Part shown: one piece after another, positions 20,495 through 30,919 of the stretch | Numbering within the stretch: the first letter of the stretch is position 1 | Layout of the letters: each line of letters starts with the position of its first letter | Source of the DNA: an uncultured bacterium | GTDB taxonomy: Bacteria > Acidobacteriota > HRBIN11 > JAKEFK01 | Reading direction: 5' to 3' | Length of the DNA: 64,000 nt | NCBI GenBank assembly: GCA_963777505.1 | Contig: CAVZQN010000001.1 | Location: 480,001-544,000, forward strand | Program-made: the position numbers and the translations under genes | Notes under the pieces: generated by a model | Told to the model about the DNA's origin: nothing | Seen by the model: only the letters and a program-made list of their open reading frames with translations | Databases searched by the model: none

Positions 20495-22528
20495 ATGAGA
20501 ACACTATTCGTTCTCGTTGCTATCGTTTGCTGCTTGTTGCAGCCTCGTCTAGAAGCGCAACAAGATCCAGAGGATTATGCCTTCATTGATGTCACCGTTA
20601 TTCCTATGGATCGCGAGCGTACCATTTCTCATCAAACGGTTGTAGTCCATAAAAGTCGCATCGTTGAAGTGAAGGACTCCAACAAAGTGACGTTACCGGA
20701 TGGAGTCGTTCAAATAGATGGACGCGGAATGTATCTCATTCCGGGCTTTGTGGACATGCATGTTCATGCTCACTCGCCACAGGATCTTGCCCTCTTTGTT
20801 GCCAGAGGTGTCACATCGGTTCGAAATATGCGCGGATCACAATATCATCTTGCACTTCGTAATTTGATTGCTGAAGAAAAATTACTGGGTCCAACTCTTT
20901 ATACTTGTGGTGCAATTTTTGATGGCGCTCCCCCAACAGGTGAAAGTGTTACCGTTGTCGAAACCGAAGACGAAGCACGTCAGATGGTGGCTGAGCAAAA
21001 ACAAGCTGGATACGATTGCATAAAAGTCTATACACGATTATCACGTCACGTTTATAAAGCAATCATGAGTGCTGCAAAAGAACATGGAATGACAGTCGCC
21101 GGTCATGTTCCTACGGATGTTGGATTAGATCTTGCGCTGGCGTTACATCAGAACAGCATTGAACATCTTACTGGCTACATGGGAGCAATTAGTGATGGGA
21201 GCAGTGAACCTGTTAATGGCGCCAAAGTTATAAAAGAATCTGACATTCCTTTAGTTTCAAAAGATACAGCACAATCCGGAGTATGGAATTGCCCGACTCT
21301 TGTAGTACAGCAGAATTATGCCTCTGCAACCGAAATCCAAAATGATAAGAACAATCCAGGATTGAAGTACATACCTCCTGTCCGGCTTGCGATGTGGGAT
21401 CCTTCGCGAGAACGACGTTTTGAAGGCACAGATTTTCAAGCAATAAAACGAGGTATCTCTGTTTTACAGAAAATGGTGTATTCGTTACAAAAGCAAGGGG
21501 CAGGACTTTTACTTGGTACTGATGCTCCTAGCCGATTTGTTGTGCCTGGTTTTTCCGTACATCGCGAGTTGAAGAATCTTGTGGAATCCGGACTGACTCC
21601 GTATGAAGCCCTGACGACGGCTACTCGCAATCCAGCAATTTTTATGAAAGCCGCTTCTGAGTTCGGCACAATTAACAAAGGCAAACGCGCAGATTTTGTT
21701 CTCCTTAAAGCGGATCCTTTGAAAGATATTTCACACACGGAAGAAATTGCTGGAGTCATGGTGCGTGGCCGGTGGTTCGCGGAACCTAAACTGAATGCGA
21801 TTTTGCAGGAAGTTCAAAAAGCGTACACGCCGCCACAGAATCGTTTTTCAGAAATGGAAGATTTGCCGGTAAGTAGCAAAACTCTCAAATATCAAATTTT
21901 TAACAGCGGTATTGTCATCGGCGAAGAACGGATAGCAGAACGAATACTTGATGATGGACGTTCCGAAATCATAAGCCAGCAAGTTGGAGATCCTCCGTCT
22001 TTCGGAAAGTACTCTGCGCGGATAATCAGAGAACGTGATGGATCCATCAATCACTTCGAATTGATAGCAAAACGTCCTGAGGGCGAAACGTTAATCACAA
22101 TTCATAATGAAGACAGAAAGTTTACAGGGCGTGCACAAGTGCCATTTCAAAGTGAAAAGATGTATCTCGAAGGAGGAATCCCATATCAGGTATACATGGA
22201 CTTCTCCATGGCAGCTTCACGCACCGCAATCATGGAACAGCTTATTGAAATGAAGCCGGGAGATACCATTGAACGTGAAATGCGTGAGCTGGATTTCTTC
22301 ACAGTATTTAACAAGGGATTCAAAATCGGCATGATCAACTGGAAGATCACGCGACAGAACAATACGACTTATGTCCACAACGGAAATGAAATCCCTGTTG
22401 GAGTTTTTATTGTGGAATCTTCAAAAAAACACTCAAAGGAAACAATTAAAATCCTCGCCGACTCAAGTGGTGTTCCCGTCTTAATCCAACGCGGATCTTC
22501 CCTTTACAAGAGGATTGAGGATGAGTAG
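20495..22528 (+). CDS. Exported amidohydrolase with an extra C-terminal domain
   Basis: Signal peptide; PGFVDMHVH, GHVP, SIEH, LGTDA, GKRADFVLL. Confidence 0.85.
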   Translation: MRTLFVLVAIVCCLLQPRLEAQQDPEDYAFIDVTVIPMDRERTISHQTVVVHKSRIVEVKDSNKVTLPDGVVQIDGRGMYLIPGFVDMHVHAHSPQDLALFVARGVTSVRNMRGSQYHLALRNLIAEEKLLGPTLYTCGAIFDGAPPTGESVTVVETEDEARQMVAEQKQAGYDCIKVYTRLSRHVYKAIMSAAKEHGMTVAGHVPTDVGLDLALALHQNSIEHLTGYMGAISDGSSEPVNGAKVIKESDIPLVSKDTAQSGVWNCPTLVVQQNYASATEIQNDKNNPGLKYIPPVRLAMWDPSRERRFEGTDFQAIKRGISVLQKMVYSLQKQGAGLLLGTDAPSRFVVPGFSVHRELKNLVESGLTPYEALTTATRNPAIFMKAASEFGTINKGKRADFVLLKADPLKDISHTEEIAGVMVRGRWFAEPKLNAILQEVQKAYTPPQNRFSEMEDLPVSSKTLKYQIFNSGIVIGEERIAERILDDGRSEIISQQVGDPPSFGKYSARIIRERDGSINHFELIAKRPEGETLITIHNEDRKFTGRAQVPFQSEKMYLEGGIPYQVYMDFSMAASRTAIMEQLIEMKPGDTIEREMRELDFFTVFNKGFKIGMINWKITRQNNTTYVHNGNEIPVGVFIVESSKKHSKETIKILADSSGVPVLIQRGSSLYKRIEDE

Positions 22529-22580
22529 AGATAGAAGATAGCAGGAACTCACTATCCTCCATCCTCTATTCTCTATCTTC
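22510..22580. repeat. Inverted heptamer micro-array between convergent genes
   Basis: GAGGATT GAGGATG..GAAGATAG versus CTATCCTC CATCCTC TATTCTC TATCTTC. Confidence 0.7.
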
Positions 22581-23012
22581 TCCTAACAGGATCGTCACCG
22601 GGCCGTCGTTAACAAGAGAAACATTCATGTGCGCGCGAAATACGCCGGTCTTTACTGAAATTCCTTCTTCTTTCAACTTCTCTGCAAAAAACAAATAGAG
22701 ACGATCGGCTTCTTCGGGTGGAGCTGCGCCAATAAAGCTCGGACGCATCCCTTTCTCCACATCCGCCGCTAAAGTGAATTGAGAAATCAACAGAACTTCT
22801 CCTTTGATATCAAGCAGTGAACGATTCATTTTTCCGGCGTCATCCGGAAAAATTCGAAGACCTGCTACTTTATGCGCATAATGAGCTGCAAGTTTTTCAT
22901 CATCGTTATGTTCAATGCACAAAAATACCAGAAGGCCTTGGCCGATTTGACCAACAATTCTGCCATCAACAGAAACGGAAGATTCAGACACTCGTTGAAC
23001 GACGAGTTTCAT
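22566..23012 (-). CDS. dtd: D-aminoacyl-tRNA deacylase
   Basis: MKLVVQRV, SQFTL, NDGPVT. Confidence 0.96.
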   Translation of the reverse strand: MKLVVQRVSESSVSVDGRIVGQIGQGLLVFLCIEHNDDEKLAAHYAHKVAGLRIFPDDAGKMNRSLLDIKGEVLLISQFTLAADVEKGMRPSFIGAAPPEEADRLYLFFAEKLKEEGISVKTGVFRAHMNVSLVNDGPVTILLGEDRE

Positions 23013-24724
23013 CGGACTCCGGTTTCGACCTGATCACGAAGCTGGCGGGCATGCTGCAGGGCTGACTCTGTCACCTCACTCCCTGAAATCATCCGTGCAA
23101 GCTCCAGAATCCGCTCGTCCTCTGGAAGGTTATCTACTACAGTTATAGTACGATCCTTTTTTACTTTTTTGGCTACTCTGTAGTGATGTTCGCCAAACGC
23201 GGCAACTTGCGGAAGATGTGTAACACAAAGCACCTGAGCATTTTCCGAAAGACGTTTCAGCCTTTCTCCAATTTGGAAAGCGATTCTTCCACCGACACCG
23301 GCATCGATTTCATCGAAGATTAAGCAACGTCCTTCAGCAGTTTGCGTCACAACTTTTAATGCAAGCATCAAACGCGATAACTCTCCGCCGCTAGCAATCT
23401 TGCCTAAGTCGCGAAATCCTTCTCCCGGGTTCGGTTCAATTTGGAAAACAACACCTTCCCGTCCATGTGCTGGAAATTGCGAATTCACGAGCGCGTCATC
23501 ATTATCGAAAGCTTGATCAGTAGACGGCGACAAAATAACCCGAAATTTACATTTTTCCAGAGCAACATTCTTGAGCTCACTTTCAACTTTTAGTTCAAAT
23601 TCTGTCAATCCCTTGTTGCGCGTTGTTGAAACTTTTTCGGCTAGCTTGTTGTAACTTTCAGCAGCCTTACGCAGCGCTAACATAATTTGCTCAGCGCGCC
23701 ATTCAGCCTGAAAATTCGTATTCAATTCTTGTTTGCATCGCGTTGCATGTTGTAAGACTTCGTTAATTGACGGTCCATATTTCTTCTTCAACCGATCAAG
23801 GACATCCAAACGCGATTCAATCTCATCAAGTGATCCATCTTCGAATTCGAGATTGTGTTTCATGGAATCTACTTTCCGGGCAAGCTCATTGAGTTCGTCC
23901 AGCCATTCCATGCAGCGTGTGACATACGTTGAAAATGGCTCCTGAAAATGCTTGAGTTCCTGAAGTTGTTTTCCGACCATTTCAATCCGGCCTAAAAGGC
24001 TTTCATCGCTTTCAACAATGTCTTGCAGCAAAGCATCACAAATGTTCTTGATTCGCTCGCTGTTCTGAATGACAGCTTTTTTTGTTCGAAGAGCTTCTTC
24101 CTCGTCTTCTGAAATTGAAGCACCTTCAATCTCACGAATCTGATATTGAAGAAGATCCATATTCCGCTGCCGTTGCTGTTCTTGCTCACGAAGAATCCTG
24201 AATTCTCCTTGCAATGTGCGAATTTCGTCTGCGACTGCGGCAAGAGCCCGTACTTCATCGTTCAATCCAATTGAACGATCGTAGAGTGCACGCTGTGAAG
24301 ATGAATCAAGCAGTCCCTGATGTTCATTCTGCCCATAAATATCCATTAAAAATGGAGCAAGCTCTTTCAGTTGGGTAAGCGTAACCGTACATTGATTCAC
24401 TACCGCACGGCTTTTGCCTCCGGGCTGAATCTCACGGCGCAGAATTAATTCCTTATCCTCCAGTTCAATGCTCCATTTCTTCAAAAGGTCATTGAATGCG
24501 GAAGGAATTGTGGATACATCAAAAATGGCTTCAAGAATGGCACGCGATGATCCTGCACGAACATCATCCTGACTCGCTCGAGCTCCAAGAATTCGGCAAA
24601 TTGCGTCAATTAAAATCGACTTGCCAGCTCCAGTTTCGCCGGTAAAAAGTGATAGACCGGCTGAAAAATCAATCTCAATTTCCTCAAGCAAAGCAAAATT
24701 TGTGATCCGCAATCGCGTCAACAT
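23009..24724 (-). CDS. recN: DNA repair protein RecN
   Basis: TGETGAGKS, ASGGELSRLML, FDEIDAGVGG, VTHLPQVA. Confidence 0.96.
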   Translation of the reverse strand: MLTRLRITNFALLEEIEIDFSAGLSLFTGETGAGKSILIDAICRILGARASQDDVRAGSSRAILEAIFDVSTIPSAFNDLLKKWSIELEDKELILRREIQPGGKSRAVVNQCTVTLTQLKELAPFLMDIYGQNEHQGLLDSSSQRALYDRSIGLNDEVRALAAVADEIRTLQGEFRILREQEQQRQRNMDLLQYQIREIEGASISEDEEEALRTKKAVIQNSERIKNICDALLQDIVESDESLLGRIEMVGKQLQELKHFQEPFSTYVTRCMEWLDELNELARKVDSMKHNLEFEDGSLDEIESRLDVLDRLKKKYGPSINEVLQHATRCKQELNTNFQAEWRAEQIMLALRKAAESYNKLAEKVSTTRNKGLTEFELKVESELKNVALEKCKFRVILSPSTDQAFDNDDALVNSQFPAHGREGVVFQIEPNPGEGFRDLGKIASGGELSRLMLALKVVTQTAEGRCLIFDEIDAGVGGRIAFQIGERLKRLSENAQVLCVTHLPQVAAFGEHHYRVAKKVKKDRTITVVDNLPEDERILELARMISGSEVTESALQHARQLRDQVETGVR

Positions 24725-24814
24725 GATGGCAGTAAGAAAATGATAACATATTGACGGATTCCTCATTACGTTTTACGTTTTATTCGAGATGCGGGATGCG
24801 GAAAGGGTTAAACC

Positions 24815-25861
24815 ATGATTAGAACAATTGAGTGGAAAGACGGCTCTGTGCACATGATTGACCAACGTCTGCTTCCAGGCGAGGAAGTCTACAACGAATA
24901 CAACGATTATGAAGACGTCGCTCGCGCAATCGAAGATATGGTAATTCGTGGAGCACCGGCAATCGGTGTCGCTGCTGCGATGGGTATTGCACTTGGAATG
25001 AAGAATGTCAGTTCTGACATCGATAAAAATTTCCAGAAGATTTGCGAACGGATGTCAAAAACAAGACCCACTGCTGTCAATTTATTTTGGGCGATTGACA
25101 GAATGAAAAAGAAATACTCCGAATTAAAAGGACATTCAGCCGAGCAAATCAAACAACAATTGATTCTTGAAGCACAAAAAATTCATGTGGAAGATGTTGA
25201 AGCCAATCGCAGAATGGGAAGTTTTGGAAATGAGCTGATTCCAGAACAAGCAAACATTTTGACACATTGCAATGCAGGTGCCCTCGCCACAGCCGGATTT
25301 GGAACGGCACTTGGAGTGATCCGTTCTGCAGTTGAGAGTGGCAAAACGATCCAGGTTTTTGCAGATGAAACGCGTCCGTTTTTACAGGGCGCGCGCCTGA
25401 CCGCCTGGGAACTTCATCAAGACAAGATTCCCGTCACGTTAATTACCGACAACATGGCTGGCTATTTCATGCATAAGAAAAATGTAGACCTTGTAATCGT
25501 TGGCGCAGACCGGATTGCATCCAATGGTGATGTTGCAAACAAAATTGGAACATATTCCGTAGCTGTTTTAGCTCGCGCAAACGAAATTCCATTTTATGTT
25601 GCCGCACCTTTGTCCACCATCGATCTGAGTCTGACAAATGGAAATCAAATTCCTATTGAAGAACGAACGTCGAAAGAAGTAGTCGAAATTCATGGCAAAC
25701 GTACGGCTCCAGAAGGGATCAGCGTTCGTCACCCCGCATTTGATGTAACGCCTAATGAATATGTTACCGCAATTATCACGGAACAAGGCATCGCACGCGC
25801 GCCTTACACTGAATCTTTGGCAAAACTTTTTGCTAACCGCAAAGACTCAAAGTCCAAATAA
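24815..25861 (+). CDS. mtnA: Methylthioribose-1-phosphate isomerase
   Basis: [43 protein letters not shown]. Confidence 0.96.
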   Translation: MIRTIEWKDGSVHMIDQRLLPGEEVYNEYNDYEDVARAIEDMVIRGAPAIGVAAAMGIALGMKNVSSDIDKNFQKICERMSKTRPTAVNLFWAIDRMKKKYSELKGHSAEQIKQQLILEAQKIHVEDVEANRRMGSFGNELIPEQANILTHCNAGALATAGFGTALGVIRSAVESGKTIQVFADETRPFLQGARLTAWELHQDKIPVTLITDNMAGYFMHKKNVDLVIVGADRIASNGDVANKIGTYSVAVLARANEIPFYVAAPLSTIDLSLTNGNQIPIEERTSKEVVEIHGKRTAPEGISVRHPAFDVTPNEYVTAIITEQGIARAPYTESLAKLFANRKDSKSK

Positions 25862-25887
25862 TTTCTGTTACTTTGTGTCTTTGCGGT
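25835..25887. repeat. Family B inverted pair at the convergent mtnA/tsaD ends
   Basis: AACCGCAAAGACTCAAAG ... CTTTGTGTCTTTGCGGT. Confidence 0.8.
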
Positions 25888-26908
25888 AAAAACTTAATAC
25901 TTGAGGTTTGGTTCGGCATTCAAGTGTCAGTGGATCACGAATACCACGTTCCAATTTGCGATGAGCGATGGAAGCAATCATGGCAGCATTATCAGTCGAT
26001 AGAATTAACGACGGAAAATATACAGGTAGATTTTGAGCGCCACCCCAGTTTGATGCCACTTCGCGCAGGTAACTATTGCAGGCAACTCCGCCCGAAAAAG
26101 AAATGCTCCGCGGTTTAAGTTTAGCAGCAGCCCGTTTCAATGGACTCATCAGCATTTCTATCGCGACAGTCTGAAACGATCTACAGATCGTTACGATCTC
26201 TTCACTGTATTCTCCGCTGGTATAGGAAGGAATATTGTTGCGATGAACATAATACAGGATTGCTGTTTTGATTCCGCTGTAACTGAAATCAAAAGTTTGC
26301 GAATCAAATTGTGCATGAGTTAATCCAATTGTATTTTCTGCTTTCTTATCCGCTATCCGATCGATGATGGGTCCACCGGGATAACCAAGACCGAGCAACT
26401 TTCCCACTTTGTCGAATGCTTCGCCGATCGCATCATCTCTGGTTTGGCCCAGCATTTCAAAATCATCGCGCGTTCGCATCAAATAAAGGCTTGTATGTCC
26501 ACCCGATGCAATAATCGAAAGCATTGGCAGTTCGGCATCAGGATGTTCTAGAAAAATCGAATGCAGATGAGCTTCCAAATGATTGACGCCAACGAATGGA
26601 ACATCGATCGACACAGCAAGACTTTTTGCTACATTCAATCCGACAAGCAATGATCCAACAAGTCCTGGGCCATAGGTGGCACCGATCCCTTGAATATCCT
26701 TCAACTGAAGCGTCGAACGATCCATCGCTTCTTGAAGCACAGGAATGATGTTGTCCAGATGATGGCGCGAAGCGAGTTCTGGCACCACGCCTCCATATTT
26801 TTCATGTATTTTCACCTGTGATGAAATGATATTGCTCAGAATTCGATTGCCATCCAAAACCGCGACGGATGTTTCATCACAAGAAGTTTCAATTCCAAGT
26901 ACGATCAT
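25868..26908 (-). CDS. tsaD: tRNA threonylcarbamoyltransferase TsaD; possible frameshift in the last codons
   Basis: LGIETSCDET, GGVVPELASRHH, HLEAH, SGGHT, GGVACN, TDNAAMI. Confidence 0.96.
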   Translation of the reverse strand: MIVLGIETSCDETSVAVLDGNRILSNIISSQVKIHEKYGGVVPELASRHHLDNIIPVLQEAMDRSTLQLKDIQGIGATYGPGLVGSLLVGLNVAKSLAVSIDVPFVGVNHLEAHLHSIFLEHPDAELPMLSIIASGGHTSLYLMRTRDDFEMLGQTRDDAIGEAFDKVGKLLGLGYPGGPIIDRIADKKAENTIGLTHAQFDSQTFDFSYSGIKTAILYYVHRNNIPSYTSGEYSEEIVTICRSFQTVAIEMLMSPLKRAAAKLKPRSISFSGGVACNSYLREVASNWGGAQNLPVYFPSLILSTDNAAMIASIAHRKLERGIRDPLTLECRTKPQVLSFYRKDTK

Positions 26909-26950
26909 GCGTTGTAATTGTAAATTATGGCTGGATTCTGCGCCAATCAT

Positions 26951-26979
26951 TTGACTTCACACAAAAGTCCGAATAGCCT
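26951..26979 (+). promoter_or_regulatory. sigma70-type promoter, probably producing a leaderless transcript
   Basis: TTGACT-17 bp-TAGCCT, ATG 7 nt downstream, no SD. Confidence 0.5.
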
Positions 26980-26986
26980 TGGTTTT

Positions 26987-27836
26987 ATGATTGATTTTGA
27001 ACTATACCATCAGCAGCTCACGGAAAAAGGATATCTAGCACCATATATCGTTCAACTTTTGTTTGAAGAAGGTCCACAAATAGATAAGAATTCTTTGCTC
27101 GAAGCTTTACGCGAAACACAGTGAAGATGTTGAACCGATAGAAGAACAATCGGGAGTTATTGGTTTTACGCATAAAGAAAAAGTAGTTCGGGAAGGACAG
27201 GCACCTGCTCAATCCTTGTTTGGTACGCCTGAAGTCTGCGAAAACCCTGTCAAAATTTTCTCGGATTCGCTCACACAGACGTGGGATTGGCAGGAAGCAG
27301 AGCAAGTTTTGTCAAATGTAAAGGCCGTTGTAACGATTACGTTTTCCTTTACAGAATCGCACAACCGAAAGGATCGGCTAGAACTTGTTCACAACTTTGT
27401 GCTAAAGGCGACCAACCTTTACTCGCCAGTAGCAATCCACTGGCTTCCATCACAGCGGATTGTGAGTCCTTCACGTTACAAAGAAGATCTGTCGCAAGGC
27501 GGTCAGCTTTTTTCTTCCGCTGTAAATGTTCGAATGTTCAAAGTTGAAAACAGCGATGAACGAGTTATGGATACCCTGGGTCTTACCGCGTTCGGTTTGT
27601 CAGACATTCAATGTAATTTCACAGGTTTGGATCCAAAACGCGTAGGAGTTTATCTGTACGAGTTAGCCGATTATGTCTTCCAACGTGGAGATATTTTTCA
27701 AGAAGGCGATACGATCGATGGGCTTCAAGCCGGAGAAAAGTGGACAATTCGGAAGGAGCAATCCTATGTCAATCCCAGCCGGCGCGTGATCGACATTTTG
27801 CCAGGACAAAACGCGCCTCAAACGACTCAAGAATAA
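26987..27836 (+). CDS. DUF4261-type protein, frameshift near 27120
   Basis: WDW.EAE, AIHWLPSQ, VNVRMFKV, MDTLGLTAFGLSDIQC, GDTIDG; N-terminal 45 codons in another frame. Confidence 0.7.
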
Positions 27837-27845
27837 ATTCGCAAC

Positions 27846-28265
27846 CTAACCTGGTAAGAGTTCGGAATTGGAAACACCGAACGAAAAATGCGCTTGAATA
27901 ATTTTCCATTGTTCGCCGATACGTGCTAAAGCTCCTGTCATCCGCGCATCCTGAGCGATACTCGACTCTCCATATCTTGCGGAAAGCTCGACTTCATCAC
28001 TGAACAAAGCGACGTCTCCAATCTGGTGTACCACCAACTTTTTGCTCATGATCGTCCACTTTCCATATGTACTAAAGAGTTCTTCAAAAAAGGAACGGAT
28101 CTGATCATTTCCATACCATTGCTCATCAGGATCTGTCCCGAAATAAACGGCACGACTGTCCTGAGCAAGAAATGCAAGGAATTGATCCTTACGACCTTCC
28201 GATGCAGCGTAATACCAATCACGAATCAGCGTTGACAATTCATCTTTCGGGATTTCGTGGATCAT
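27846..28265 (-). CDS. NTF2/SnoaL-like protein
   Basis: YFGTDPDEQWYG, RMTG..WKIIQAHFS; AGGAG RBS. Confidence 0.8.
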   Translation of the reverse strand: MIHEIPKDELSTLIRDWYYAASEGRKDQFLAFLAQDSRAVYFGTDPDEQWYGNDQIRSFFEELFSTYGKWTIMSKKLVVHQIGDVALFSDEVELSARYGESSIAQDARMTGALARIGEQWKIIQAHFSFGVSNSELLPG

Positions 28266-28351
28266 TCTGTGCTCCTTTCTTCATTTTATAATATTCTGGA
28301 AAATCAAATAGATACCTGTTGATTTAGACGAAGAATTTGCGTCGGGGCTTA

Positions 28352-28852
28352 TCACACGGCAGGAACGCGAGCCCGAATTTGCTGCAAATGGCTGAGATCG
28401 TGAGCGGCAAGATGCGGAATTATTTGCGCGACTGTAATCAAACCGTACTCAGGATGTTTACCCTTCCGTTCAAAGAGTGACGGTTCTACAGTTTGAAGCA
28501 GTTCCAGATTAACCCGCCGCAGCGGTGTAAATGCGCGAATGAGCTGCGTAGCATCCTGATCGCCATAGGTAAAGTGATCTACCCAGGCATTTTGATCAAA
28601 TGGCGTTAAGGTTGGATCTTTTTCAGCCATGATGACACGATAACGAAAACCGTATGCAAATTCGGTATCGATTAAATGAATTAAAATTTGACGTGGCGAC
28701 CAATCTGAGTCTGATGGCTTTTTTGATATCGTTTCGAAATCAACTCCATCGAGAAGTTCACGCAACGTATCGGGAGTCTTTCGCAAGATTTGAAAAGCTG
28801 CATCACGATCAAAAGGATGGTCTTTCTTGCAAAATACACATGCCATCAGCAC
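28352..28852 (-). CDS. DinB/YfiT family protein
   Basis: WSPRQILIHL.D.E, PFDQNAW, HPEYG, HDLSHL.QI. Confidence 0.88.
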   Translation of the reverse strand: MLMACVFCKKDHPFDRDAAFQILRKTPDTLRELLDGVDFETISKKPSDSDWSPRQILIHLIDTEFAYGFRYRVIMAEKDPTLTPFDQNAWVDHFTYGDQDATQLIRAFTPLRRVNLELLQTVEPSLFERKGKHPEYGLITVAQIIPHLAAHDLSHLQQIRARVPAV

Positions 28853-28876
28853 ACCTCTCCTTTTATTGTACTCGAA

Positions 28877-29542
28877 CTAATCAAAGCCTTCCATCCAGTC
28901 AGCAAAACTGGCAAGAGTAGGACGATTAAAAGCCAGGCGAATATTAGGGTCTCGAGGATTTTCCTGTTTTCTATTAATCCAGGCGACATCAATTCCTAAA
29001 CGGTTACACGGAACAACGTCGTGATGATAACTTTGCGCCGCGTGAATCCACTTGGCATCTTTGATCTTTTTCCGCGCTTCCAGGAAATGCTTTTGTTCTG
29101 GCTTGTAGGATGCAACCATGTCAGCGGTAACAATCAACTGAAATGGAACCGTAAAGTGTTTGCGCGTTTCACTGAGAAGATCTTGGTCGATATTTGAAAG
29201 AATTCCGAGCTTGTAGGTACGTGCTAATCTTTCGAGAGCTAAATTCGTATCTGCAAATGGGCGCCATCGTCCGAGAGTTTCGGAAAGGAAGGAATAATCT
29301 GATGTTTTATAACCGAGATCGATACAAATTCGACGGGCGACGCGATTCAGAATTTCCCGATAACGTCTGTATGTGAATTCCTCTTCGGATTCGTATTTCT
29401 GATAAAGTGCAAGAATTTTGGCAGGATCGAAAGCGTTTCCGGTTAATTTTGCCGTGCGTTCAAAGGCTGCAGTGATTCCATGTTCCCAATCGATCAGAGT
29501 TCCGTAACAATCAAAAGTGATCCATTGATAATCCTGCATCAT
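28877..29542 (-). CDS. HAD hydrolase (haloacid dehalogenase type II-like)
   Basis: FDCYGTLIDWE, ILSNID, SYKP, HAAQSYHHDV. Confidence 0.9.
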   Translation of the reverse strand: MMQDYQWITFDCYGTLIDWEHGITAAFERTAKLTGNAFDPAKILALYQKYESEEEFTYRRYREILNRVARRICIDLGYKTSDYSFLSETLGRWRPFADTNLALERLARTYKLGILSNIDQDLLSETRKHFTVPFQLIVTADMVASYKPEQKHFLEARKKIKDAKWIHAAQSYHHDVVPCNRLGIDVAWINRKQENPRDPNIRLAFNRPTLASFADWMEGFD

Positions 29543-29568
29543 TTAGTCCCGAACCTTAGAAGGAAATG

Positions 29569-29769
29569 TCAGTCGGTATCCTTGATAGGTTCAAATTCGC
29601 CGGTGTCATCCTCTTTGGATGAGTGAAATGAGCCCGTATCCTCGCCGTTGTAGCTTTTGGCCACGTCATCGGTAATCAAATCCGAGAGCTGGTCGATTTC
29701 ATCCTTGGAGAAAGAGTTTGGGTCTGTGTTCCCTGTTGAAGGTTTTTGAGTGACGGATTTCTCTGCCAT
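29569..29769 (-). CDS. Small acidic hypothetical protein
   Basis: 66 aa, co-oriented with the HAD gene, TATAAT 8 nt before ATG. Confidence 0.6.
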   Translation of the reverse strand: MAEKSVTQKPSTGNTDPNSFSKDEIDQLSDLITDDVAKSYNGEDTGSFHSSKEDDTGEFEPIKDTD

Positions 29770-29789
29770 AGAACATAATTATATCAGTA

Positions 29790-29873
29790 ATACTCATACT
29801 CGTGATCGTGCTCGTGATCTTGATCGAAGAGCGAATAGATCACGATTACGACTAAGAGCACGAGTACGAGTAT
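29790..29873. repeat. Inverted hexamer micro-array between divergent genes
   Basis: ATACTC ATACTC GTGATC GTGCTC GTGATC TTGATC versus GATCAC GATTAC GACTAA GAGCAC GAGTAC GAGTAT. Confidence 0.8.
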
Positions 29874-29880
29874 AATAACG

Positions 29881-30909
29881 ATGAATTTAGCAACAGGGGG
29901 TCAAGCGATGATTCCGCATGAAGTAATGAGTATTTCGCGCCACATAATGGAGCAGCAGAAAAAATTTCCTGAGGCGCGAGGCGAATTTTCCAGTCTCTTA
30001 AATGAAATCGCTCTTGCTGCAAAACTCATCGCGCGTGATGTCCGTAAAGCCGGACTTGTGAATATCCTTGGATTGACAGGCAGCGAAAATGTACATGGCG
30101 AACGTGTCACAAAACTTGATGATTATGCCAATCGAGTCTTGTATGAAATTCTCGGTAGAAGCGGCCAGGTTTGTGTACTCGCCTCAGAAGAAGAACATAA
30201 CATCATTCCAACACCCAGTGGTTATCCCTTTGGCAAGTATGCATTCTTGTTCGACCCACTCGATGGTTCCAGCAACATCGATGCAAATGTAACGATCGGA
30301 ACAATTTTCTCAGTACACAGACGCATCAGTCCTGCAGGTCCTGGACGGCTGGAAGATTGCCTCCAAATAGGACGCAAACAAGTATGCGCGGGATACATTT
30401 TGTATGGATCAAGCACAATGTTTGTGTATACGGCAGGAAATGGTGTTCATGGATTTACCTATGATCCAAGCTGCGGCGAATTTCTTTTGTCTCATGAAAA
30501 TATTCGTATCCCAGAAAACGGTAAATATTACAGTGCGAATGAGGGAAACTATCATTCGTGGACTGACGGCACAAAAAAATACATCAACTACATAAAAGAA
30601 AGTGATCCGGATACGGGCCGGCCTTATGGATTACGCTATATCGGCTCACTTGTAGCCGATGTCCATCGTACTCTTTTATACGGCGGAATTTTTCTTTATC
30701 CGGGTTCCGTTAAAAAGCCCGCAGGAAAGTTGCGGTTGCTTTACGAAGCTGCCCCTCTTGCGATGGTTATAGAGCAAGCGGGTGGAAAAGCGACAAATGG
30801 CGCCAAATCAATTCTCGATGTCGAGCCTACTGAATTGCATCAACGAACACCGCTTGTGATTGGAAGTCCTGTTGATGTTGATGCAGCAATGAAGTTTCTA
30901 ACTTCGTAA
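29881..30909 (+). CDS. fbp: Class 1 fructose-1,6-bisphosphatase
   Basis: FDPLDGSSNID, RYIGSLVADVHR, GKLRLLYEA; start may be ATG 29908. Confidence 0.96.
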   Translation: MNLATGGQAMIPHEVMSISRHIMEQQKKFPEARGEFSSLLNEIALAAKLIARDVRKAGLVNILGLTGSENVHGERVTKLDDYANRVLYEILGRSGQVCVLASEEEHNIIPTPSGYPFGKYAFLFDPLDGSSNIDANVTIGTIFSVHRRISPAGPGRLEDCLQIGRKQVCAGYILYGSSTMFVYTAGNGVHGFTYDPSCGEFLLSHENIRIPENGKYYSANEGNYHSWTDGTKKYINYIKESDPDTGRPYGLRYIGSLVADVHRTLLYGGIFLYPGSVKKPAGKLRLLYEAAPLAMVIEQAGGKATNGAKSILDVEPTELHQRTPLVIGSPVDVDAAMKFLTS

Positions 30910-30919
30910 TCAACAAAAG

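Noticed and set aside
24726-24814. SOS box upstream of recN
   Set aside because: Only a TTACGTT duplication; no LexA motif I can recognise
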